Assembly (NCBI GenBank): GCA_964643395.1
Contig: CAZXQL010000001.1
Location: forward strand, 1-51,358
DNA from: an uncultured Thermotogae bacterium
Lineage (GTDB): Bacteria; Bipolaricaulota; Bipolaricaulia; UBA7950; UBA9294
Direction of reading: 5' to 3'
Length of the DNA: 51,358 nucleotides
Part shown: positions 1-8,994 of the stretch, piece after piece
Layout: each line of letters begins with the position of its first letter
Numbering within the stretch: position 1 is the stretch's first letter
Translations under genes and position numbers: made by a program
Notes under the pieces: model-generated
The model's database searches: none
Seen by the model: the letters and a program-made list of their open reading frames with translations, nothing else
Told to the model about the DNA's origin: nothing

Positions 1-2
1 AC

Positions 3-887
3 GGCAACAACGGGTTCAAGATCGATGGCATTGCAGCCGCTGACCAGGCCGGCTTTTCAGTCGCTGGGACGGGCGACTTCAATGGCGACGGCTTTGCCGA
101 CATCATCATCGGTGGCGTCTTCGCCGATGCCAACGGCACCAACAGCGGCGCGGCCTATGTGGTCTTCGGCAAGGCAGGCGGCTTTGGCTCCGAGATTCAG
201 CTCTCCGATGAGCCGCAGCGAGTCATCGATGCACGGCGGACGACGCTCGGCGGACGAGGGAGAGGGCATCGTGGAGCGGTCATTGTCCTCCGCGACATCA
301 CCCGTCGCGTGCTCGCTCAGCGCGACCTCGAACAGGCGAATCGGCGGCTTCAGGACCAGGTGGACGAGATCAGCCGGCTAGAAAGGACCGTTCGCGAGCA
401 GTCGATTCACGACGCTCTCAGTGGGCTGTTCAACCGAAGGTATCTGGAAGAAACGTTGCCCCGCGAACTGGCCGCCATCGGGCGGCGAGGGACGACGATG
501 GCGGTCATCCTTCTCGACATCGATGGGTTCAAGCGCATCAACGACACCTACGGCCATCATACCGGCGACCGCGTCCTCCGGGAGTTGGCTGCTCTGCTCG
601 ATGCCAACACGCGAGAGGGAGACATCGCGTGCCGCTACGGAGGAGACGAATTCGTGCTCGTGCTTCCGGACACGTCCCTCGCAGCCGCCATGAACAAGTC
701 CAACGCGTTGCGTGACGCTTGCAAGCGGATCGATGCGGAGGATGTCCCGACGTTCACGATCTCTGTCGGCGTCGCCTGCGCCCCCGACCACGGCAGCGAG
801 GGAGAACGACTCCTGCTGGCGGCCGATCGAGCCCTCTACCAAGCCAAGGGAGAAGGCAAGGATTGCGTTCGTGCTGCTGCACGCTGA
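3..887 (+). CDS. GGDEF diguanylate cyclase, 5' end cut by the window edge; the N-terminal part reads as an FG-GAP repeat followed by the last strands of a PAS domain
   Basis: The frame is open from nt 3 to TGA at 885-887. It carries DIDGFKRINDTYGH and RYGGDEF, with an RxxD I-site (REGD) five residues upstream. Nt 3-210 translate to GDFNGDGFADIIIGG...AAYVVFGKAGGF. Confidence 0.85.
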   Translation, partial: GNNGFKIDGIAAADQAGFSVAGTGDFNGDGFADIIIGGVFADANGTNSGAAYVVFGKAGGFGSEIQLSDEPQRVIDARRTTLGGRGRGHRGAVIVLRDITRRVLAQRDLEQANRRLQDQVDEISRLERTVREQSIHDALSGLFNRRYLEETLPRELAAIGRRGTTMAVILLDIDGFKRINDTYGHHTGDRVLRELAALLDANTREGDIACRYGGDEFVLVLPDTSLAAAMNKSNALRDACKRIDAEDVPTFTISVGVACAPDHGSEGERLLLAADRALYQAKGEGKDCVRAAAR

Positions 888-905
888 TCTCGACGATCTG
901 TGAAG

Positions 906-933
906 ACGCCGCGGCGTTGTCGCGCCGCGGCGT
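906..933. terminator. GC-rich hairpin between the convergent GGDEF and csp genes
   Basis: ACGCCGCGGCG (906-916) pairs with CGCCGCGGCGT (923-933), an 11-bp perfect stem with a 6-nt loop. The T-tract is weak. Confidence 0.45.
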
Positions 934-960
934 GGTCGTTTCGCTGTTGCGTCACCCTTC

Positions 961-1170
961 TTAGACGGCGACGACGTCTTGTGATTGGAGTCCCTTGTCG
1001 CCTTCGACGACCTCAAACTCTACTTGCTGGCCATCTTCTAGCGATCGATATCCTTCCCCTCGGATCGAGGAGAAGTGGACGAAAACGTCGGTTCCATTCT
1101 CACGCGAGATGAAACCAAACCCCTTGGAGTCGTTGAACCATTTCACGGTACCGACTTCGCGTTCCGCCAT
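961..1170 (-). CDS. cspA: Cold-shock protein (CSD, CspA family)
   Basis: 69 aa: [15 protein letters not shown]...DVFVHFSSI (RNP1/RNP2 motifs). AGGAGG lies 9 nt upstream of the ATG. Confidence 0.95.
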   Translation of the reverse strand: MAEREVGTVKWFNDSKGFGFISRENGTDVFVHFSSIRGEGYRSLEDGQQVEFEVVEGDKGLQSQDVVAV

Positions 1171-1290
1171 ACTCGTTCGCCTCCTTTGCTGCTGGATGAT
1201 TCATCGAGGCAGATCGATCGAGCGAGGCGGTGCCATTCGGACCTCGACTGCTACGATACGACATACTGCACGACGTCCAACGAACGCCGC

Positions 1291-1319
1291 ACTGTACAGT
1301 GATCTGCGTCACATTGCAA
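1291..1319 (-). promoter_or_regulatory. Candidate sigma70-type promoter of the csp gene
   Basis: On the minus strand: TTGCAA, 17 nt, TACAGT. This predicts a 5'UTR of about 115 nt. Confidence 0.4.
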
Positions 1320-1525
1320 GCGCTCGTTCGGGGGACCTCGCGGCTCCCCGGACCCTCCCGAGCGGGGCAACCGGATTCCGCAAACCCATTCCGTCGACAA
1401 GGCTTCCATCCGCACCCAAAGCGGGGCCGGCTCGCTTCCCGGCATTGACCGTTCGATCGTTGAACGGCGGCTCCGCTCGGGCGAACATCGTCGTTGTAGC
1501 GAAGGCGATCGCGGGGAGGTGCCAC

Positions 1526-2854
1526 GTGAATCAAACGATGACTCCGGTTTCGACGCGCCGCATCGCGCGCACGTGGTGGCCCCTAGCCGCCAGTTGGGTC
1601 TTGATGGCACTCGAGTTGCCCATCGTCAACATCGTCATTGCACGGCTGGCGAATCCGGAGATCCACCTTGCGGCCTACGGCAGCGTCGTATTCCCGCTGG
1701 CCATGGTGGTCGAGGCTCCCATCATCATGCTGCTCGCCGCATCGACGGCGCTGTGCGCGGACGCTCGAACGTACGCCAAGGTTCGTCGGTTCACGCACGG
1801 AATCGGGGCCGCGCTGACGATGCTGCACGCCTTGGTCGCGTTTACGCCGCTCTACGGATGGATCGTGCGAGACGTGCTGTCGGCTCCGGCCGAGATCGTT
1901 GCACCGGCACGGATCGGGTTGATGATTACGTTGCCTTGGACGTGGGCGATTGCCTACCGCCGATTCAATCAGGGCGTCCTCATCCGCTACGGCTACTCCC
2001 TCTCGGTGGGGATGGGAACGATCATCCGGCTTCTCGCCGACTGTATCGTGCTGGCATTGGGATACGTCATCGGCAGCATCCAAGGAACGGCCGTCGCGGC
2101 GTCGGCGATCATCGCGGGCGTCGTCTCCGAGGCGTTCTATGTTCGCTGGCGCGTGAGACCGGTCCTACATCATCAGATGCCCGAGGCGTCCGAGAGCGCG
2201 GAACCTCTCTCGTACCGTGGGTTCCTACGGTTCTACGTGCCGCTGTCGTTGACGTCGTTGATCTTTCTGGCCGCGCGTCCCGTGTTCACCGCCGGCATCA
2301 GCCGGATGAGCGCCCCACTCGATTCCCTCGCCGTCTATCCCATCATCACCAGCGTGACGTTCCTGTTCCGGGCGGGAGGCGTCGCCTATTCGGAGGTCGC
2401 CATCGCTCTGCTGGAGACGCGGGGGGCCTATGCGGCCGTCCGAAGGTTCGCCATCGGGCTTGCGATCGCCCTGACTGCGGGCATTCTTCTGGTCGCGGCA
2501 ACGCCGCTGGGGACGGTCTGGTTCGGTCGCATCACAGGCCTGTCCGGCGACCTGTTGTCGCTCGCTCGCATCGGGTTGTGGTTCGCGATCTTGCTGCCCG
2601 GGTTGAGCACGCTGCAGAGCTTCTTCCAAGCGACCGTCGTTCGTCACAAGCGAACGCGCCCGATCACCGAGGCCGTCGTGCTGTACATCATCGTAACCGC
2701 CGTCTTCCTGTTCGCCGGCGTCGCGTGGGGGCGTGCAGCCGGCGTCTACGTGGCGCTCGTGGCGATGACGTTGGGTGAGGCGATTCGTACGGTGTGGCTG
2801 GGATGGAGGAGCCAAGCGGCACGACGAGCGTTGCGGACCCGCGACGCCGGCTAG
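1526..2854 (+). CDS. Polytopic membrane protein, MATE/MOP-superfamily-like (about 12 predicted TM helices)
   Basis: GTG at 1526 (GGGGAGG 7 nt upstream) or ATG at 1538. The protein is hydrophobic throughout with a two-halves arrangement. The long upstream part of ORF 995..2854 overlaps csp antisense and is not coding. Confidence 0.6.
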   Translation: MNQTMTPVSTRRIARTWWPLAASWVLMALELPIVNIVIARLANPEIHLAAYGSVVFPLAMVVEAPIIMLLAASTALCADARTYAKVRRFTHGIGAALTMLHALVAFTPLYGWIVRDVLSAPAEIVAPARIGLMITLPWTWAIAYRRFNQGVLIRYGYSLSVGMGTIIRLLADCIVLALGYVIGSIQGTAVAASAIIAGVVSEAFYVRWRVRPVLHHQMPEASESAEPLSYRGFLRFYVPLSLTSLIFLAARPVFTAGISRMSAPLDSLAVYPIITSVTFLFRAGGVAYSEVAIALLETRGAYAAVRRFAIGLAIALTAGILLVAATPLGTVWFGRITGLSGDLLSLARIGLWFAILLPGLSTLQSFFQATVVRHKRTRPITEAVVLYIIVTAVFLFAGVAWGRAAGVYVALVAMTLGEAIRTVWLGWRSQAARRALRTRDAG

Positions 2855-3429
2855 TCCTCGTCCGCCCCGATCGCGGCAAGCACGCGCTTCGCGACGTCCT
2901 CGACCGATCCGTCTGAGGCAACGATTGTGACGTCGCCGGTAGGGAACACGCCGTCCCCACGATGCATTTGCGCATCGCGTCCGGCAGTGAGCAGACGCTG
3001 TCCCCGAACCTCATCGGATGCCTCCAACCAGAGAATGCGATCGTACAGCGAGCGATCGACGTGGGGCGAGCTGGCCAGAAGCGCGCCTTCGACCAACAGG
3101 ATGTCCGTTTCTCGGCGGCGGTGCTCCGCGACGATAGCGGCCACGGCTTCCGATACAGCCGGATGGACGATCGCGTTCAGCCTCCGGTGGGCATCGGCGT
3201 CGGCGAAGGCGGCTCGAGCCAGGTCCCCGCGATCGATCTCCCCATCGGGGCCGACAATCGCATGGCCGAATGCCTCGACGAGCCGCCGGTGGGTCGGCGT
3301 CCCCTTCGCGTAGGTGCTCCACGCCACGGCATCGAGGTCGATCCACTCCACACCCGGTCGTTGAGCGAGAACGCGTGCGACGGCACTCTTCCCGCTGCCT
3401 GCACGCCCTGCTAAACCGATGACCAACAT
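2851..3429 (-). CDS. coaE: Dephospho-CoA kinase
   Basis: P-loop GLAGRAGSGKS at the N-terminus; LNAIVHPAV motif; about 190 aa. Confidence 0.85.
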   Translation of the reverse strand: MLVIGLAGRAGSGKSAVARVLAQRPGVEWIDLDAVAWSTYAKGTPTHRRLVEAFGHAIVGPDGEIDRGDLARAAFADADAHRRLNAIVHPAVSEAVAAIVAEHRRRETDILLVEGALLASSPHVDRSLYDRILWLEASDEVRGQRLLTAGRDAQMHRGDGVFPTGDVTIVASDGSVEDVAKRVLAAIGADED

Positions 3430-3530
3430 GGTAGTGAGACGTTATCGAGCTCGACTTCGTCACGCAAACCACGTGCAGGTTTGCCCTGTGCCGGCTCGCC
3501 CCGTACGCTTCGATGCATCAGGAGGAACCG

Positions 3531-4343
3531 ATGAGCGACGTTGTACGCCACTACTACAATGAGCAGGTTCAAGAGGAATGGGAGCGCTTGGGGCGAGCTT
3601 ACCGGCGACTCGAACTGGTCAGTACGCTTCGCCTCGTCGAGGAGTACTTCCCCTCGGACGGCCGCGTCGTCGACATTGGCGGCGGCCCGGGACGGTATGC
3701 CATTGAATTGCTGCGACGAGGCTTTCGAACCACGCTGGTCGACCTCTCCGAAAAGGCTGCCGAGTTCGCTGAACGCAAGCTCGCCGAACTCGGCCTGACG
3801 CCGGAGAGCATCCACTCCGCCGATGCCAGGTCGCTGCCGATGCTGGAGACCGCCGGATATGACGCCGCGCTCGAACTGGGTCCCATGTATCACATCATCG
3901 GCCCCGAAGACAGATCCCGGGCATTGGCCGAATTGCATCGCATCCTGAAACCGGGAGCCCCCGCCATCGTGGGGTTCATCAACCCGTGGGGCGTCCTGCG
4001 TAGCGGCCTGACCGAATTCCCAGGTCTGTACTCGAACGAGACCCTCGTTCGGGGTTTGCTGTCGACGTGGACGCAGGCGGGTCCGCAGGACGCCTTCACG
4101 GAGGCGGCCTTCCTCACACCCCCTCAAGCGCTCGCGGAGTTGCGTTCGGCGGGATTCGCCGTGGAGTGCCGTGCCGGGGTGGAGGGGTTTGCCTCCGGTG
4201 CACTCGGTCCGGTCGTCGAGATGTCGGAGTCCGACCCCACCGCCTACGAGGTTGTCGCACGGCTTGCGGCGGAGACGGCCACTCACCCGGCATTTCGCGA
4301 TGCCACCGAGCACTTGCACATCGTCGTCCGCAAGATCGGCTGA
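3531..4343 (+). CDS. Class I SAM-dependent methyltransferase
   Basis: VVDIGGGPGRYAIEL (motif I) and LKPGA. AGGAGG lies 5 nt before the ATG at 3531; the alternative start is ATG 3513. Confidence 0.8.
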   Translation: MSDVVRHYYNEQVQEEWERLGRAYRRLELVSTLRLVEEYFPSDGRVVDIGGGPGRYAIELLRRGFRTTLVDLSEKAAEFAERKLAELGLTPESIHSADARSLPMLETAGYDAALELGPMYHIIGPEDRSRALAELHRILKPGAPAIVGFINPWGVLRSGLTEFPGLYSNETLVRGLLSTWTQAGPQDAFTEAAFLTPPQALAELRSAGFAVECRAGVEGFASGALGPVVEMSESDPTAYEVVARLAAETATHPAFRDATEHLHIVVRKIG

Positions 4344-4434
4344 ATTCAGTCCACCGTCCGCGGTTTCGAGAGCCGTCCATGCCGTCGGTGAAACCCTCAC
4401 TTCGTCCGTGTGTACGTTACGCGAGGTGATCAAG

Positions 4435-5205
4435 ATGAAATCAACGGCCACACGCCTTGTTCTTGTCCTGGTGATCGGCCTCGTCGCCCTGTCTTCGATT
4501 GTCTACGGTCAGAGCACGCCGGCTCCGTTGGGTATCGTGCCTACTCCGAACCCGCAGCCGTTGTCGGCCAGCGTCTGGACGAACAAGACGTCGTACGTGG
4601 TCGGCGAGACGGCAACCATCTACTTCACTGTTTCCCAGGCTGCCTACATCTACATCTACGACATCCAGCCGGACGGAGTCGTTCGACTGATCTTCCCGAA
4701 TGCGTATTCGCAGGGGAACTACGCCTCTGCAGGCACGCATACGTTGCCGGACGGCGCTTATCAGTTCACGATCGCACCGCCGACGGGAATGGAGCAGCTG
4801 CAGATCATCGCCAGCCCGGTCAATCTGGGACTCACGCCGCCCGCATACTACGAGGCGTTCCCGCTGGTCGGTCAGGATCCGCAATCCGCGACCAACCAGA
4901 TCCAGGGACACATCATGGGAATCGTCCCGCAACCGACGTATGCGTCCGCATGGACGTCGTTCCAGATCGTGGCATCGTATTCGTACACGCCACCGCCCAC
5001 GCCCACGCCCACGCCACCATCCTCCGGCTACTACTACCCGTATCCTCCGTACTACCCGCCGTTCTACGGCTATCCGGGAGCGACGTGGTACTGGCAGAAT
5101 GGCGAATGGCACTTCGGGATTCCGGTGAGCGGCTGGTACTGGTATTTCGGATCCGACGGCCACTGGCATTTCAGGATCACCATCCACTTCGGAACCGGTG
5201 ACTAG
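4435..5205 (+). CDS. Secreted DUF4384-like protein with a Pro/Tyr/Trp-rich C-terminal tail
   Basis: Signal peptide MKSTATRLVLVLVIGLVALSSIVYG. The core YIYIYDIQPDGVVRLIFPN...GTHTLP is typical of DUF4384. GAGGTG lies upstream of the ATG at 4435. Confidence 0.7.
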   Translation: MKSTATRLVLVLVIGLVALSSIVYGQSTPAPLGIVPTPNPQPLSASVWTNKTSYVVGETATIYFTVSQAAYIYIYDIQPDGVVRLIFPNAYSQGNYASAGTHTLPDGAYQFTIAPPTGMEQLQIIASPVNLGLTPPAYYEAFPLVGQDPQSATNQIQGHIMGIVPQPTYASAWTSFQIVASYSYTPPPTPTPTPPSSGYYYPYPPYYPPFYGYPGATWYWQNGEWHFGIPVSGWYWYFGSDGHWHFRITIHFGTGD

Positions 5206-5244
5206 TGAGGGAATTGGAGGCTAGTGCCTCCTCGGCACGGGTTG

Positions 5245-5266
5245 GGGCCTGGCTTCGGCCGGGCCC
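5245..5266. terminator. Hairpin with a TTCG loop between convergent genes
   Basis: GGGCCTGGC-TTCG-GCCGGGCCC, with one G:U pair. A second small hairpin, GGAGGC-TAGT-GCCTCC, lies just upstream. Confidence 0.4.
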
Positions 5267-5284
5267 TGACCATTTACGACAAAG

Positions 5285-6466
5285 CTACAGCGGCATCTCG
5301 TAGATGCGCCAGGTCTTGTAGCGTTCTCCCTGCATCGATGCGGAGGCACGGAGGATGAGGTCGTTCTCTTCCAGAAGCATCGACGGCTCGCACATCGTGT
5401 AGCCGTTTCGGATGGCATGCTCTTGAACCTGCAAGTAGAGCAGCGCATCGATGCCGAGCTTACGAAACCGTGGGCGAACCCCGAAGAACATCAGTCGGAT
5501 CACGGGGATCCGCCGCCGCGTGCGCAGCAGCCGTAGGGCGCGGACGAGATCGGAGTCCTGGAAACGATTCCACCGTGGGCGCAACGGAACGTTGGAGTCC
5601 GGAAGCGCCCCGAGAACGGCCGCAAGTTCCCCATCTACGGTGGCAAAGCGCATGAGTCCCGGATCGGCGACCAGCTTCAGACTCGCGGCCACGGCATCGG
5701 CCTCGGCATCGGTCAACGGCAGGAATCCCCAATTCCTAGCCCACGCCTCGTTGTAGATTCGGACGATCCGACCCACCTCGTCGCGCAAATGCCGCATGTC
5801 GATCCGGCGGGTTTCGATGTTGCGACGCTCCCGGACAGCCTCGGCGATGTGGATCAGTCGTTCGGACGGCGGCTCGATGAGTATCTTGTAGGCGTGATAG
5901 TCCTTGACCTTCTGCAGGCCGTACCGCTCGAGAAGCTCGCCGTAGTACGGCGGATTGTGGGTCAGCTCGACGGTCGGCGGATCGTCGAATCCGTCAATGA
6001 GCACCGCCTGGTACGGCTCGTGCGTCGCGTTGGAGTAGCCGCCCGGCCCCCGCATCGCGACCATTCCGCGGTCCTGCAGCCACGAGCGCGCGTGGTCCAA
6101 CAACGCTTCGACGACAGCGTAGTCGTTGCAGACGTCGAACAACCCGAAGAACCCCGTCTTTGTCCCGTAGTGCGCATTGAAGCGATCATTGACGGCGGCC
6201 GAGACCCGGCCCAGCAGCCGACGGCCATCCCGCGCCACGAAATGCGTCACCTCGGCATCCCTGTGGTAGGGATGCTCGGGAGTGAGCAGTCCAGTCAGTC
6301 CCAGCAGACGGCTGCCGAGCAGTTCGCCCGTCAACGGGGGCGTCCAGTTCGGATCTCCCCGAAACAGAACCCACGGCACCCGAACGAAATCTCTCAGGCG
6401 GCGATCTCCAAGCTCATACTGCTCTATGTTGAGTGTCATGAACGTCAGGATGAAGGATGACTCCAT
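5285..6466 (-). CDS. GNAT-like acyltransferase family protein (uncharacterised subfamily)
   Basis: The C-terminal part FFGVRPRFRKLGIDALLYLQVQEHAIRNGY resembles the acetyl-CoA binding motif A. Candidate starts are ATG 6466 or ATG 6439. Confidence 0.6.
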   Translation of the reverse strand: MESSFILTFMTLNIEQYELGDRRLRDFVRVPWVLFRGDPNWTPPLTGELLGSRLLGLTGLLTPEHPYHRDAEVTHFVARDGRRLLGRVSAAVNDRFNAHYGTKTGFFGLFDVCNDYAVVEALLDHARSWLQDRGMVAMRGPGGYSNATHEPYQAVLIDGFDDPPTVELTHNPPYYGELLERYGLQKVKDYHAYKILIEPPSERLIHIAEAVRERRNIETRRIDMRHLRDEVGRIVRIYNEAWARNWGFLPLTDAEADAVAASLKLVADPGLMRFATVDGELAAVLGALPDSNVPLRPRWNRFQDSDLVRALRLLRTRRRIPVIRLMFFGVRPRFRKLGIDALLYLQVQEHAIRNGYTMCEPSMLLEENDLILRASASMQGERYKTWRIYEMPL

Positions 6467-6530
6467 TATGCATGAAAACCGCGGACGCGACGACTTGCAT
6501 GCCGGCTGAATGTGTCGTAAGTCTTGACGC

Positions 6531-7280
6531 ATGCAAACATCGGATGGGGCAACGAAGCTGTTTCTGCTTGTCCAGCGGCAGGCCGGCGTCTCGCGCCGCA
6601 AGGCGCAGGATCTCGTGTCCGCGGGAGAAGTGGCCGTCGACGGGAGTGCGGTGACCGATCCGTATCGGATTGTTCATCCCGATGCGATCCGGCGAATCAC
6701 GTTGCGAGGACATCCCTTGACCGTGCATCCGCCTGAGCTGCGCGTCTATCGGTACTACAAGCCCACGGGAATGCTATGCAGCCATGATGATCCTCACGAG
6801 GGGAACACCGTCGGACGCGTGTTGCGCGCCGAGGGGTTCATCGGGTACTCGTGGGCCGGCCGGCTGGACCAGGATGCCGAGGGGCTGCTTCTGATCACCA
6901 ACGACGGTGACCTGTCGAACCTTCTCAGTCATCCTCGGTATCAGGTCCCGAAGACGTATCACGTGTGGCTCGATCGCGCCATGAAGCGAGCCGACTTCGA
7001 GACGATCCTTCATGCGATGACGCGCGGAATCGACGACGACGGAGACCGGTTGCGGATCCTGTCCGGCGCCGTCGCCGGGAAGCCTCCGTACGCCGTCTTG
7101 CGGCTGACGGAGGGCAAGAAGCGGGAAATCAAACGGCTGTTCGCCCACTTCGATCTGTCTGTGATTCGCCTCCTTCGAACGGCCGTAGGTCCCGTCGGAC
7201 TCGGCGGCCTCCGCCCCGGAGGGCTGGAGCGGCTGAGCGAGTCCGAGATCCACGCCGCCCGCGACAGCGCAAGCTTGTAA
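6531..7280 (+). CDS. Pseudouridine synthase, RsuA/RluB family, with an S4 domain
   Basis: S4 motif VSRRKAQDLVSAGEVAVDG; catalytic GRLDQDAEGLLLITNDG; PKTYHV. Confidence 0.9.
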   Translation: MQTSDGATKLFLLVQRQAGVSRRKAQDLVSAGEVAVDGSAVTDPYRIVHPDAIRRITLRGHPLTVHPPELRVYRYYKPTGMLCSHDDPHEGNTVGRVLRAEGFIGYSWAGRLDQDAEGLLLITNDGDLSNLLSHPRYQVPKTYHVWLDRAMKRADFETILHAMTRGIDDDGDRLRILSGAVAGKPPYAVLRLTEGKKREIKRLFAHFDLSVIRLLRTAVGPVGLGGLRPGGLERLSESEIHAARDSASL

Positions 7281-7310
7281 GCCTCCGCTCGCAGCGGCAT
7301 AGTATCCGGC

Positions 7311-8939
7311 ATGCGCATCGGAATCGGTCAACTCAACGCTCATGTCGGCGCCATCGACGCGAACACGGCGAAGATCCTGCATAGGATCGAGGAAGCGAGA
7401 TCGATGGCATGCGACCTCGTTGTGTTCCCGGAATTGGCCGTCTGCGGATACTCTCCGCTCGACCTATTCTGGCGAGACGGGTTCGTGGCCGCATGCAGAT
7501 CCGCAGTGGATCGCATCGCCGCGGCATCTGAGGGCCTGGGGATCCTGGTCGGAGGCCTCGGCATCGAACGCAGCGTTGCGACCTCGAATCGCGACAACGT
7601 GTCGTCCTTGTCCGACGGGGCGTTGATCGAGCTGTTCAATCGCGCGTACTTGCTTGAAGACGGGGCCGTGCGCGCCCGGATCGACAAGCAGTATCTGCCT
7701 TCCTACGACGTGTACTGTGAGGAACGGTACTTCACGCCGGGCGAGGGCAGTTCGGTGCATTCGTTTCGTGGGGTGACGCTGGGCATCAACATCTGCGAGG
7801 ACTTGTGGATCGACGACGGACCGACCGATCTGCAAGCCAGCCTCGGCGCGGATTGGATCATCAATATCTCTGCCTCCCCGTTCTACACCGGCAAGCCCGC
7901 GATCCGCCAGCGCCTGGCAACACGCCGATCCAAGGAGAACGGCGTCGGTCTCATCTACGTCAACCTCGTGGGCGGTCAGGATGAGGTCGTCTTCGACGGC
8001 GGCAGTTTCGCGTTCGATCCCAAAGGGCGATGCATCTTCCAGGCCCCGCACTTCCGTGAGGGGTTGTACGTCCTAGATGTGGACCATGCTTCGCCCGTTC
8101 CGGCAAGAACGGAATCCGACATGGACGACGTGCGCGAGGCACTGCTGCTCGGCATCCGCGACTATGTCCGGAAGAACGGGTTCGAGCGAGTCTTGGTCGG
8201 CCTGTCCGGGGGAATCGACTCGGCCCTCGTCGCGACGCTGGCTGCCGAGGCGTTGGGCGCGGACAACGTGATCTGCGTCTACATGCCGTCCGAATTCTCG
8301 TCCCACGAGAGCGGCGAGGACGCGTGTACGGTTGCCGACAACCTCGGAGTGAGGTTCGAGACCGTCTCCATCGCCGACGCCCACCAGGCGTTGCGAGACT
8401 GCCTTCCGGAGCCGGCAGCCGGATTGGTCGACGAGAACCTTCAGCCGCGGATTCGGGGAACGCTTCTGATGGCCCTCGCCAACCAGCGCCGCGCCCTCGT
8501 GCTATGCCCGGGGAACAAGTCCGAGATTGCGGTGGGATACAACACGCTGTACGGCGACACCGTCGGCGCCCTGGCGCCCATTGCCGATTTGTACAAGGAG
8601 CAGGTGCACCGATTGGCCGAGTCGTACGGAGATCTGATTCCCAAGCGGGTGCGGACGAAGCCCGCGTCGGCCGAGCTGCGCCCGGGGCAGCGAGACGATC
8701 AGGATCTCCCTTCGTACGAGATCCTGGATCCGATCCTCAAGCGAGCGATCGAAGCCAATGCGTCCGCTAGGCAGCTCGAGAAGCAGGGATTCGACGCAGC
8801 GGCGGTCCATGACGTCCTGCGACGGCTGCGGGCGAACGAGTACAAGCGCCGTCAGCTTCCACCGGCCATCAAGGTGTCCCCCAAGGCGTTCGGCTTCGGA
8901 CGCCGGATTCCGCTGACTCAGGAGTATCGCGACACGTAG
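7311..8939 (+). CDS. nadE: Glutamine-dependent NAD+ synthetase (CN-hydrolase plus NAD synthase domains)
   Basis: N-terminal nitrilase-like domain (VVFPELAVCGY, NICEDLW). C-terminal PP-loop GLSGGIDSAL. Confidence 0.92.
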   Translation: MRIGIGQLNAHVGAIDANTAKILHRIEEARSMACDLVVFPELAVCGYSPLDLFWRDGFVAACRSAVDRIAAASEGLGILVGGLGIERSVATSNRDNVSSLSDGALIELFNRAYLLEDGAVRARIDKQYLPSYDVYCEERYFTPGEGSSVHSFRGVTLGINICEDLWIDDGPTDLQASLGADWIINISASPFYTGKPAIRQRLATRRSKENGVGLIYVNLVGGQDEVVFDGGSFAFDPKGRCIFQAPHFREGLYVLDVDHASPVPARTESDMDDVREALLLGIRDYVRKNGFERVLVGLSGGIDSALVATLAAEALGADNVICVYMPSEFSSHESGEDACTVADNLGVRFETVSIADAHQALRDCLPEPAAGLVDENLQPRIRGTLLMALANQRRALVLCPGNKSEIAVGYNTLYGDTVGALAPIADLYKEQVHRLAESYGDLIPKRVRTKPASAELRPGQRDDQDLPSYEILDPILKRAIEANASARQLEKQGFDAAAVHDVLRRLRANEYKRRQLPPAIKVSPKAFGFGRRIPLTQEYRDT

Positions 8940-8949
8940 AAATGAAGAA

Positions 8950-8975
8950 GGCGGCCTCGATGCCTCGAGGCCGCC
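8950..8975. terminator. Bidirectional hairpin between nadE and hsp20
   Basis: GGCGGCCTCGA-TGCC-TCGAGGCCGCC, a perfect 11-bp stem. Confidence 0.5.
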
Positions 8976-8994
8976 CGGGCTGGCATTGGCGGTC

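Noticed and set aside
995-1525. The N-terminal 177 codons of the 619-aa ORF 995..2854 as part of the membrane protein.
   Set aside because: This stretch runs antisense through the csp gene and its leader. It is hydrophilic and low-complexity. A GTG/ATG with a GGGGAGG SD at 1526/1538 starts the hydrophobic protein proper.
4990-5020. Short tandem DNA repeat (cccacg)x3 inside the DUF4384-like gene, considered as a VNTR or phase-variation tract.
   Set aside because: It has only about three units, encodes an ordinary PT linker, and stays in frame.
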